This document shows, in pieces, positions 38,601 to 49,213 of a stretch of DNA of 64,000 nt. The notes below the pieces were generated by a model that had not been told where the DNA came from, searched no databases, and worked only from the letters and a program-made list of their open reading frames with translations. Origin of the DNA: Dimorphilus gyrociliatus (Eukaryota; Animalia; Annelida). Made by a program: the position numbers and the translations under genes. Position 1 is the first letter of the stretch. Every line of letters starts with the position of its first letter. The DNA lies in contig CAJFCJ010000004.1 in NCBI GenBank assembly GCA_904063045.1, forward strand, positions 1,109,713 through 1,173,712, written 5' to 3'.

Positions 38601-40874
38601 ATTCAGAGCTTTTAGGAAAGTATACCTGTTAAATACAGCCATAATTTAACATTTAGTCCTCCGTCGCACAACTCCAGGTCCTTAAAGCAAGGTGAAAGAG
38701 GATTATGAAGCTTTATAGGATCATAATTGAAGTAATAATCGCCATCAAACAACATTGGCGAAAGCAATTTGTAATTATTATAAGAAATTTTAAGCATATA
38801 TGGCCCGCATTCATGACATATTTTTGGAACGCTTGAAACGTCGCTAGATAATTTAATAAAGTTTGACGGTACAAGATAATGCGGTATGTCCATCGACCAT
38901 GTAACCAATAATTCTTTAGGAGAAAAATATTATTCTAACTAAATGGAACAATAAAGTTAAACATTACTTATTCGTGATCTCGCTTTCTTGACATCAATTT
39001 TTTTAGATTGAAAGAATAGCTCATCCACGCTGAATGCAACATCATTTGTTCGCGAACCTAAAGTAATTTATTTTTATCTAATTAATTGACCATAAATTAA
39101 CTACTAATTATTTTTCTCTACCTAATAATAATGGTTCGGTAAAATTCACTTCCCGTTTAGCAGACTGGTAAATGCTGGAGGTAGTTCCTAAAAAGTCAAG
39201 CACGTTTGAAGTATCCCAGTAAAGAATTCTTTTCTGAATAAAAAAATCAAATAAACAAGATGATATAACTATATTAGTATAAAATCTTTTGTATGTACTA
39301 TAAATCCAGAAATAATTGGGTCATAGATAAGCATAATATGATACCAATGATTTTCAATTATAGTTTGAGACGTATATCGCAATGTATCTGTTTCCTTATA
39401 TATATTGACCTCTATCCGATTGCTTATTAAATAAATAGCAAACCCTATAAAAGCGAATAAAAAACAATTAAAGATAATACGGAATTGACAAAATATAATT
39501 GTCTTTATATAATACCTTGATTTGAAGATGTTTTGTCCGCATTACCAATGAGCTTTGTGTATTGGTACCACTTAAACTTTTCAATTCTCAGCCAAAAGTC
39601 TAGCGTAAAACCAAATGGACACCAATAACCACTTTGAGTATTCTGAGTTAAACAATCAGGATATGTTCCTAAATCAATTTCAACTCCCTTCATTTTCAGA
39701 GCACCCCGTCTCCGTCCATCCGTTATAGCCACATTATCTGAAGAATTTAACTTTAGAATCGGTAGACCAGATAGAACACTTCCTTCGTTTATTTCATTAA
39801 AGTTCCAAAAGACTTTATCAGTAAAATTTTTGCTTAGATCATCTATAATTAAAGAAAGAAAGAAAATATAGTATATCAATTTGTTTGTTGTTAATCAATA
39901 GATATTAAGTTTCTTGTTAGTCTAACATATGTATAATCAATGAAGGTTAGTTAATTGATATAAATAATAAAATAGTTTACTAAATCATGTCATTTCTTTT
40001 TCATAACCTTCGCCAAGACATGGCGCTTATTTCTAAATCAAATGGCAATTGGTTGTCAATATAATTGATAATGTCAACTTTTTTTTTGTTTGGTCTATTA
40101 ATTTTATATAGAAAAGCTATATTTAAAAAAACCCCCAATAAATTGACAATACCTGATGAGAGTACTTTAAAAACTTTGGATTTAATAAAAAAACATTAGA
40201 AATCTGATAATAAAAGTCATACCATATAAGATATCGAGGTCATACTCAGTGTATACATCGTCCTGAATGTATACTTCGTCTATTAGCAATTTTCCTGATA
40301 TTATATCATTTCCAATTTTTAATGCAGAACCTCTTGTGGCTATACTGGCATTTGCATACAAACTGCCATTTGTTGCAATTTTATTATTAATCGCCAAAAA
40401 GTAATTCTCTGCACGTTTATTCCATACAAGAAGAACATGACACCAAGTACTTAGACATTCTGTTGTTACGCACTCATCATCATATGTTCTTTCTCCAGTA
40501 TTCACTAGAAATTCTAGTTTATTGTTTGGACTATTATAGAGTATTTGAAATCCTTTTGAATTTCCTTCAATCGTTGATAAAAGTTTTACTTTTGAACTCC
40601 CAACATTATAAAGTATCATCCAAAATGATACACTTAAACCTTTCTGGCATTCTGAAGGACTGATCGGACAATCATTCGAACTTGCCCAATTTGCAACTTC
40701 GACACTTGAAGAACTTCCTATTTCAATAGCTGCATTACGTTTCCCTCCAACAACATTAACATTGTGAAATGTTAGATTCAAACTGTTAAAATTCTCGTTA
40801 TTATCAAGTGCCAAATACCATGATTTTCCATCGGTTAGTGAAAAAGTGGATAAAAAAATTACTATGAAGAACAT
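23629..40874 (-). CDS. Polycystin-1-like (PKD1/REJ family) 11-TM receptor-channel subunit, copy C, ~5,225 aa, 21 exons
   Basis: Exons: 40874-40223, 39842-39516, 39444-39299, 39233-39122, 39057-38968, 38913-38626, 38570-37458, 37407-35017, 34942-34599, 34542-34275, 34217-28950, 28864-28697, 28642-28044, 27989-27899, 27834-27680, 27626-27375, 27314-26876, 26790-26696, 26642-25479, 25397-25262, 25208-23629. The total is 15,678 nt and in frame. Many exon lengths match copy B exactly (1113, 344, 268, 168, 599, 155, 252, 95, 1164, 136). GPS reads CKCNHLTSFG. Confidence 0.93.
24356..25070. repeat. Near-identical duplicated tract, copy 2 (partner 6385-7099); encodes the TOP domain of copy C
   Basis: Same comparison; constant offset of 17,971 bp. 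Confidence 0.97.
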
Positions 40875-42837
40875 TTCATCAACGGCGAGAGAATGAGAGT
40901 GGATAAAAACTTCATTATAGATTTATAATATGGAATGTATATATATGTGTATATGAACATATATTCGCACACACATATATAATCATAAAATATAAGAATT
41001 CAATAAAATTTAAATATTAGATTTTTGCACTATAATAGACTGTCTATAATTAATGATTTATAAAAAATAACTCATAACACTTTCATATTTTTCTTCCGAA
41101 ATTGATTGATAATAAGTATTAGCTCAATCATTAACCAATCTAGTTTATCAATACAGAAGAGATAACAATTAATGAACATTTTTTTTATTAATTTAAAGTT
41201 TTTAATAAACTATTGAAGTTGTAAACAAACTATTCTTACTTAAAGACAAATTTTCACTTATCATCTACATCACTAATATTCAACTTTCCTTCATAAAATC
41301 GAATGTAGCTAGCAGCTCAATAAATATAGGCATTGATTTCTATCCATAACGGTATTTGAAATCAGTAATAAATAGGATTTTGGTTCATCTATCCTATTTT
41401 TTCAATTATGTAAATGTGAATTCTAGTTTTTATCAAACTATAACAAGAAAAAATTGATAATATATCAAAAAAATCATTTATTTAGTCTCATAACTTAGCA
41501 TAAATTTTTTGAAAGTAAAATAAGAATGAAATTTTAGATATCAATAAGAAGAGGAATTAATTTATACGTTGAAAGTAATAAAATAATAATAAATATATCT
41601 AAATTTCATAAATAGTTATCATGTAATTTAACTACTTTTCTCTGCCATATTAGCACAAAATATCATTAACAAAAAAAGATTGCAATTTCAAATTATATAA
41701 GACTGTTCTAAAAAAGTGTTTATTTAGGCCTAAGACAAATATAATAAGTAATTTTAAAAGAGCAAAGCCTCTTAAAGAAAACGAAGAAAAAGTTTAGAAT
41801 AGGACTAATTAACACTTGAGAGGTAGATTATTTTCTCAATACTGACTGTCCTTACTTTTATTGGATAGGTGAACTTCATTCCTTTTTCTTTATACATATA
41901 CCTATATGTTACAGCACTTTCGAAATGGGAATTTGAGTAATGAAGCAATAAACGGCGTTTATATTGTAATAAACTAATTAGAACTCTTTGATAGTGGTCG
42001 TTTCAATGTATATGGCTAATTTTCTCCAACTCTTTGTATACTTTCTTTGTATATTTAGTATGTCTATACATATTTAGTTAAAAATAATGGCTCAACCCTG
42101 TGGGAGAAGGAGAGACTTAACTAAAGCCAGTAAGTATGGCTTCTTCTTTCCATATGAGGTATTATGGAAGATACAGTGTCAGCTATAAAAAAACAGGAAA
42201 CAAGTAAATTTTTGTCTTGTCTTATACTCTTGAGCCCTTCTGCAAAGATTTATTTTATAAAAATAAAGTTAAATAAATAGGCAAGGTACTTTTCTTTCAT
42301 TCAATTATGCCTAAGTCATCTACAATTTATTATAAATTAAAAGTTCCTTCTCTCAGGTAAATAAATATTTCTTTCAAGACTCTTTTCTTTTAAAGATCAA
42401 TAGATATAAAATACATTACAATTTCAAACTTCAGTCAACAACCTACTAATTAATATATAAATTTATACAATATAAAATGCATACACCTGTATATTAAGCT
42501 ATTCAGTATTATCTATTGTTAAATATTATTGAAATATCATTAACACACAAAAATTTTAATTAGTGTTATTCGAAACTAAATTTATGAAAACCGTCGCAGA
42601 GTCTTTTTAATAATTTTAAACAGGGTTTGCATAATTAATTCTTAGAAAACATTCTACAATTCAGTGCGCTTCTTTGTGCTTATAACTGTAACCGGAAGAC
42701 GTATAAGAAGCATTTTTTCAGATTTCAGAATTCGATATAGCCGATATCACACTTCGATGCGATTTCCAACGCATTTATTAAAACGTGTAGTCACAAAATA
42801 ATCGACCCCCAATTCAATACGATTAATCGAGTCTTGA

Positions 42838-42882
42838 GTGACGCATGCGTATAAAAAAATAACGATAACGCGCATGCGTCAC
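42838..42882 (+). promoter_or_regulatory. SET proximal promoter: 12-bp inverted repeat of NRF-1-like sites flanking a TATA-like box
   Basis: GTGACGCATGCG (42838-49) ... CGCATGCGTCAC (42871-82), with TATAAAA at 42850. An ETS-like CCGGAAG lies near 42692 and a YY1-like GCCATTTT near 42885. The SET ATG is at 42926. Confidence 0.55.
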
Positions 42883-42925
42883 GGCCATTTTTGTCAAAGG
42901 CAAGCCGCTAGTGAAGCTTATAATA

Positions 42926-44338
42926 ATGACGGACGCAAAAACTAAAAAGACTCCTGCTAAAATCCACAAATCCGAATCGGATAATAATCACGATGGACTA
43001 GAGGAACTAAAAGGTATTAAAAAAATAAAAGAAAACTTTTTTGATCTAGAAGAAAACATCGCTTTCTTATTTTGACCGGCGTGTACCTGTATTTTCGCGC
43101 GCTTTCATCGAATACTCCAATATTTCAAAGCTAGAAGCTTTCTTCAAGTATATTTTAAAGGTGAAATATCTATTTACAAATCAAATATCCATTGCTGTGT
43201 ATTTTCGATCTTGAAAATCAAATATTAGAAAACACGCTTCCGCTAAAATGTATCTAATATCGCTCAAAGATGGCGGTTATTTTCCTTAAGACCTTTATCG
43301 TGTAAGTGGGTCCGTTTGATTAAGATAAATTCAAAAACTTGAGAGTTAAAAACCTTTTTTTTCGCCTCATTCATAATAAGCACCCTTAGTTTCCCTCGTA
43401 GCCGACAGAGAAACACAAGATGCTATCGAAAAAATTGATGAAGTTCAAAATGAGATCGACAAGCTGAATGAACAAGCTTCGGAGGAAATTCTTAAAGTTG
43501 AGCAGAAGTATAACAAGAGCCGTCAGCCGTACTTCGCTAAGCGCGCCGAATTGATTGGAAAAATTCCGAATTTCTGGGTCACGGCATTTGTTAACCATCC
43601 TCAAATTTCCGCACTCCTGTCTGAGGAAGATGAAGAGGTGAGATATTTTATCTAATGACTGTCACAAGTGATCATATCAGAACATTAGATAAATCTCTTG
43701 AGTTCTATTAAAACTTTTTAGCTGATTTGTATTAATTAAGTCAATTTTTCCAGGTTTTACAATATTTGACCAAGGTAGAAGTAAGCGAGTTTGAAGATAT
43801 CAAGTCCGGCTACAAGATCGTTTTCCACTTCGATTCCAATCCGTTTTTTAATAATGCAGCCTTAACGAAAGAGTTCCACTTGAATGAAACGGGTGAACCA
43901 TCAACAAAAGGTACTAACATCGATTGGCAACCAGGAAAGGATTTGACAAAAAAATCAGGATCCCCAAAAGCCGGGAAAAAGAGGGCTCATGACGAACAAG
44001 AATCATTCTTTAACTGGTTTTGCGAGGCCGGAGATGCCACTACTGATGAGCTGGGTGAAGTAATCAAGGATGAAATCTGGCCCAATCCTCTCCAATACTA
44101 TTTGGTATGTACCAAAAACATGTATTAGATAAATGAACATTAAATTGTACTCCACAAATAGGCTTCGGAGATCGATGAAGATAATGAAGACGGAGATGAA
44201 GATTGTGATGTTGATGATGAGGTAAATAATTGAAAACAGTGGAAAGAAAATATTTAAGTGTGTTTATTTTAGCCTGAAGATGAGGAGGAAGATGAAGAAG
44301 ATGTAGCTGATGAAGACGGCGATGAAGAAGACCCTTGA
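42926..44338 (+). CDS. SET: SET / TAF-I (NAP-family histone chaperone, I2PP2A), ~266 aa, 5 exons
   Basis: Exons 42926-43013, 43402-43637, 43754-44104, 44162-44221, 44273-44338 (an alternative in-frame acceptor lies 12 nt upstream of 43402). Hallmarks: [77 protein letters not shown] and an acidic tail. AATAAA at 44397. Confidence 0.96.
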
Positions 44339-44520
44339 GCTTGTAAAAACTTTTTATTTGTACATATAAAAGAGCTACGAAGAGCCAAACGTTCATAATA
44401 AACATCTAAAAAGGCGCATTTAAAAAAAAAATCAACTACTCTGTCTGTTTTTGGTTATTTGTAATATTTTAGTTATCATGTGTTTTGTTTCTCTCCATGT
44501 AAAATTCAAAAACAATAGTT

Positions 44521-45030
44521 TTATTTTCGTTTACTTTTAAATTTGCAGTCATTAAGTCTCCGTTTTATGTTAATAAACTGTAATTTATACGCAAGAAGAA
44601 GTAATCTAAAGTTCCTGCGATACCATTCAGAGTTATATTTGACATGGCTGTTATAGTTTGCGTCTAGGAATTCTTTGTAGAATGTAGAATTTTTTTGTTG
44701 TCCACAAGCAGTGAATTTACGATTGTGCTCTAACCTGTAAAAGGAGTTTGTTGAGCAGTTTTTATTAACAGTCAAGAATTTTCTGGAACGTTTTCTAAAA
44801 CGGTTTTACAATAGAATATTTTTTTTAAATATATTTTGGACTGACTCCTCAATGATTAGCTTCACTTACCAGAAATCGTGATGGAACTTAACTAGTTCTT
44901 TTCGTTCGACATGATATTCAGATTCCACGAGTGCGCCCTCGTATTTAATCGGTCGAATATTAGATACAGCATGAGGAGGACCAATCCATTCGACTGGCTT
45001 TCTTTTAAACATTGATAATAAGCGTTTCAT
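44521..45030 (-). CDS. COA8: Cytochrome c oxidase assembly factor 8 (APOPT1), ~124 aa, 2 exons
   Basis: Exons 45030-44870 and 44734-44521, with a phase-2 intron splitting TG|G. Family motifs EWIGPP..SNIRPI, FW..HN..F, FYKEFL..N...H..YN.EWYRRNF. Basic N-terminus MKRLLSMFKRK. Confidence 0.88.
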
Positions 45031-48000
45031 ATTTTCACGTTGAGAGCGATAATATATGAAGCTGGTAGCAGACCACTGGCGCAACCTATTGTTAATTTAC
45101 ATTAAAACTGAGATGGCGCCATAGCTTGTGACTTTTTTGGTACATAATATAAATAGAACTGAAACTTAATTGGTTAACAAAGTCCACATAAGGTGACGCA
45201 TATATAAATTAATGATGGATTCTCAAACGGAAATACAATTCTTCTATTTCAATACTTGACTCGTTCTGTTTCCGAGTTAACATCTGTAAAATCAAAACAG
45301 TTTTACAGTATACAAATAGTAATAACTTGCAATATAACTTTTATAGTTCAAGATGCGAAAATAATAGAATAAAATACTGCTGTTTTACGTAAAAGAACTT
45401 TTTTGGTTTTTTAGCGCCGTGGGCAAAGGAATTCTATTTTATCGTTACACATGATTTTACAATATATAATTTCATTACAGGGAAAGTGACACTATTCTTG
45501 TCTAGTTTTATTTTGTTAGCACTAGTTATGTAACAGATTCATAATAACTATTTTATTCTGGCTTTTTGTGCGCGTGTACTTTTTATTACTGGAACTTTGG
45601 CCAGGTGTAGAGAAGATTAAATCACCCTATAGCAAAATATTGTTTAAAGACCAGGTGGACATAATTTTCATCTATTTAACAGAGTACACACATCTTAGAG
45701 AAATTTGACCCGATTCGGAAAGGCTTTTATCAACAATCCCTACTCTTAAAAATGTATTCTTTTCACACGTCGGAAGAAAGTAGCCTTTTATTCAATTCAT
45801 ATTTAGCAACAACTAAATCTCTAGGTGAACTTGTTATAATATCGTTTATATTATCCTTTTACGCCATTAACTAATACTTATAACTATAATAATAATAATA
45901 ATGTTAATTAATTTATGAATGAATTTCTATTTCCCGATGTTCTTAGCTTCATTAAAACTACTTTAAAACCATGTTTTTCTTTAAAGAAAATATAGGCTAA
46001 TGAACAAAGAAAATATTAATTTAGTATACTTTAAATTGCTTTTAATTAGAGCCTTATTGATTTTTTTAGTTTATTATTTATTAAGTAATTAATTGTCCCT
46101 TTTAATGTTAGTCTCTCTCAAACGTATGTTTTTTCTCCGTAAATAGTTCATTTACTTACCATAATGACTCTGAATTTGTGTGTATCGAGAGAGTTGCCTG
46201 AATGGACAGATCAATATTGGAGTCAGTCTCTATGAAAATTGAAGGAAATTTTAGAAGACTAATAAAACCCCAACTGAAAAGAATAACTAAAGACTTTAAA
46301 TATATTATAGATTATTCTTTCAATCCACAGAGAATCTAAAAAAATTTAGAGATAAACCTATAACCGCTAGATGGCTCTGTATGAATTTTATACCGCAAAA
46401 GTAGGCATTACTATTGAATTAGATAAAGACACTTATAAAAGGAAAAGTTAAATGTAAATTTAAAAAGAATGATAGAAATAATTTACAAATGTTAATTCAA
46501 TTTGTAACTTCTCTTTGTAATGCAGAAATGAGTTTCCAGACAAAAAAGATGAAGCTACATTAGCTACTTTATTGTTATTTTGTTCTTTAGATATTGTAGT
46601 ATATTAATGTATATTGAAATAAAAATTTTATAACATAAGGTTAATTTAAGCATAAACCCAGCACTAATAAGTGTTTTGTTTACATTAATTAATTTGTTAT
46701 TAATAATTAACACATTTTCAAAATTGTATCACCAAACGGCCTACATATTGAATATTAATTCAACCATTATTTTTTATATAACAACTTGTTCGTTGAAAAT
46801 TTAGAACTTTGATTAATTTTTTCATTGAATATTGTTGAATATCATTGAATATCTCCCGCTTTCTTTATATTCATTCATTTGCGTATTAGATTCCTTATAT
46901 GTTTTAGTAGACTATAGCAATAAAATGGCCAACAGATTTTATTGATAAAATGTGCATAGAATTATTGACAAACTATAGAATTTCAATATAAAAAATAAGT
47001 GATATTTAGATAATTTTAAGAATTTTCTTTCGATTTATTGAAATCGAGAAGACTATGTCGATTTTCTACAAATTTATCTATTATTTGTCATAATTCCCGA
47101 AAAAAAAAAGTCTATTTGGTTTTCTAAAATCATTTATACTCTTATCTTATATGTTTACTTTTATCTTAACACTCTGAGCGTCTATTTAATGTTTTATTTA
47201 TAGAGAGAATTGAATAGCTTGGCTAAAAACTATTCTTTTACCATTAGATATTTCATATATAATTAATTTAGTTGTTATCTCTAATTTTAAACTTTCTACA
47301 TAAATATAAAGATATAAATATATTAGTATCTGTAATCAATACATTGTTTTTTTTGTCCATAGTTACTGATGACGTCATTGTTAAGTTTTTAAAGATAGAA
47401 ATAAAATTTTAATATTACCACTATGATATAAGCTCTAGTCCGTTTAGGTGAAATGTTTAAGCTAAATGTTTTTGTTATTGTTACACTTGCACTCTTCGAT
47501 TCTAATGGTAGATCATTTTGAGAAACCTTATATGAGAATTACTTTTGAAACCATGCCAAGATATATTCAAATCTCAAAGATGCTGCTCTAAAATATCTAT
47601 TTTTTGAATACAACTAATGCTAGTATACTAATGGCAAACTGCAATTTAGTATTGAATTCATCTACTACCAATAGTGCTTTTGGAAAATTAGAACCAAGTA
47701 ACAAATGTTCCTGTTAAGAGCTAAGAACGATTGTTTTTAAAACTTTAGTAGTTGTAATAATGGTTTTACATTTTCTAATTGGATAGCAATTGACGAATCC
47801 TCCTCGTCAATATTTTCTTTACAGTCTGGTACAATTGGTAATAAACATACTATTCCTCCAAAATATATTGTATGATGAAGTAAGAACTATTATAGTCACT
47901 CAGAGTGGGGGCAAATTTAAATGTTACGTAAGCTAATATTCGATTGTTTGGGTTGCCTTAAATTTTGGTTATTAATTATAATCAGAAGGGTAAATTTACA

Positions 48001-48626
48001 CTCTATAATAATAATAGATTGGATTACAACCTTGGCTAATTTTAAAACATCAATTTGTTGCTTTTAGAGATGAATTAACAATTCAGAATATGATTCTTTA
48101 GAGTAACAAGGTAAAAGAACATTATGCATCTCTTTTTGAAAGGGGAAGATTTTTTTATGCAATCCGTTAAAGTGCAAACCAAATATTGTTGTGATGGTTC
48201 AAAATGGCTTCCAAATAGTTACAAACTTTAAACTATAGAGATAGTTCAAATAAACTAAATTTTCGTTTAATATATCACTATTAAATAGCTTCTCTTAATT
48301 CATTTTACTAGAATCAATCTCTTCTTATAGTCCTCGTGTGGGATATAAATTATGGACTATGTATTTTGTTTTTGTGCTTGTTTAAAGATTTTATGTCAGA
48401 TTATCTCAATTTATGAGGGATATTCAAGAAAATTTATGAATTTGAAGTTCAATATGTAAATTAGCTACTTTTCACCAGATCATAAGCAAACAGTAATTTA
48501 AATTATGCAGAAGATAAGATGATACTTCAAACAATATTGTATTTAAAGAATTAATCACATGAAATTGTTCGGTTTCCTTTATCCAGAAGAATTTAATTTA
48601 TTGTCAATTAAGCAATTTTTGGAAAA

Positions 48627-49213
48627 TTATGGTTTTAAACACGTCAAGCTATTGAATTTTGCCATCTTACATTCTTTAGCTTTATCCTTACAAACCTTAT
48701 AGCATTCACATTTTTCCAGACAGTCCTTAAAATTAGAAAAAAACATAAAGAGACATTTATTATTAAGATTAATATACATTTTTGTATATTTAATTATAAA
48801 AGGTTTTACCTTTACTTCAGTTCTACACTTTTCAAAAATTTGTCGCTTAAAGAAATATTTTAAATCCCTTTCCTGTTTCCATATTTCAGACCTACACTTC
48901 TGAGCTAAGTTTCTCAGATTAGAATTACATGTGTTTCGTGCTGTAACACAACTGTTTACACATTCGCACTCTTTTAAGCATGTCTACAAGAAACAAAATT
49001 TTAATGATTATGTTTTATATGATTATATTCTCTAACCTTTTTAGTTGTTGTACATTCAGAAAGAGATCTCCAAGCCCGAAATGAATGTCTTTGTTTAAAA
49101 CCTTTTCGTGACTCTACAAAATTCGGCGCGATGAGGACAAACAAGAGAATCGTGCATAACACGGTCTCTTTAATAAACTTCATACTTATTTTCAATTCAG
49201 AGAAAGTACTCAA
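48627..49213 (-). CDS. Unrecognised secreted cysteine-rich protein, 149 aa, two 7-Cys modules, 3 exons
   Basis: Exons 49213-49037 (59 codons), 48983-48810 (58) and 48725-48627 (32 + stop), joined by phase-0 GT-AG introns of 53 and 84 bp. Product: MSTFSELKISMKFIKETVLCTILLFVLIAPNFVESRKGFKQRHSFRAWRSLSECTTTKK|TCLKECECVNSCVTARNTCNSNLRNLAQKCRSEIWKQERDLKYFFKRQIFEKCRTEVK|DCLEKCECYKVCKDKAKECKMAKFNSLTCLKP. The true start may be the second Met (49183). Confidence 0.85.

Noticed and set aside
44339-44520. Overlapping 3' UTRs of convergent SET and COA8
   Set aside because: Each gene has its own nearby AATAAA (SET 44397; COA8 overlapping its stop at 44520-25), so overlap is not required.
45400-45790. Possible plus-strand exons divergent from COA8 (…ELWPGVEKIKSPYSK…)
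   Set aside because: I could not build a consistent start-to-stop model, and there is no recognisable similarity.
47453-47800. Signal-peptide-like start (MFKLNVFVIVTLALFDSNG) followed by broken frames; TGA-as-Trp or pseudogene idea
   Set aside because: It needs several stops and a frameshift, no workable splice model was found, and the flanking nuclear genes use TGA as stop.
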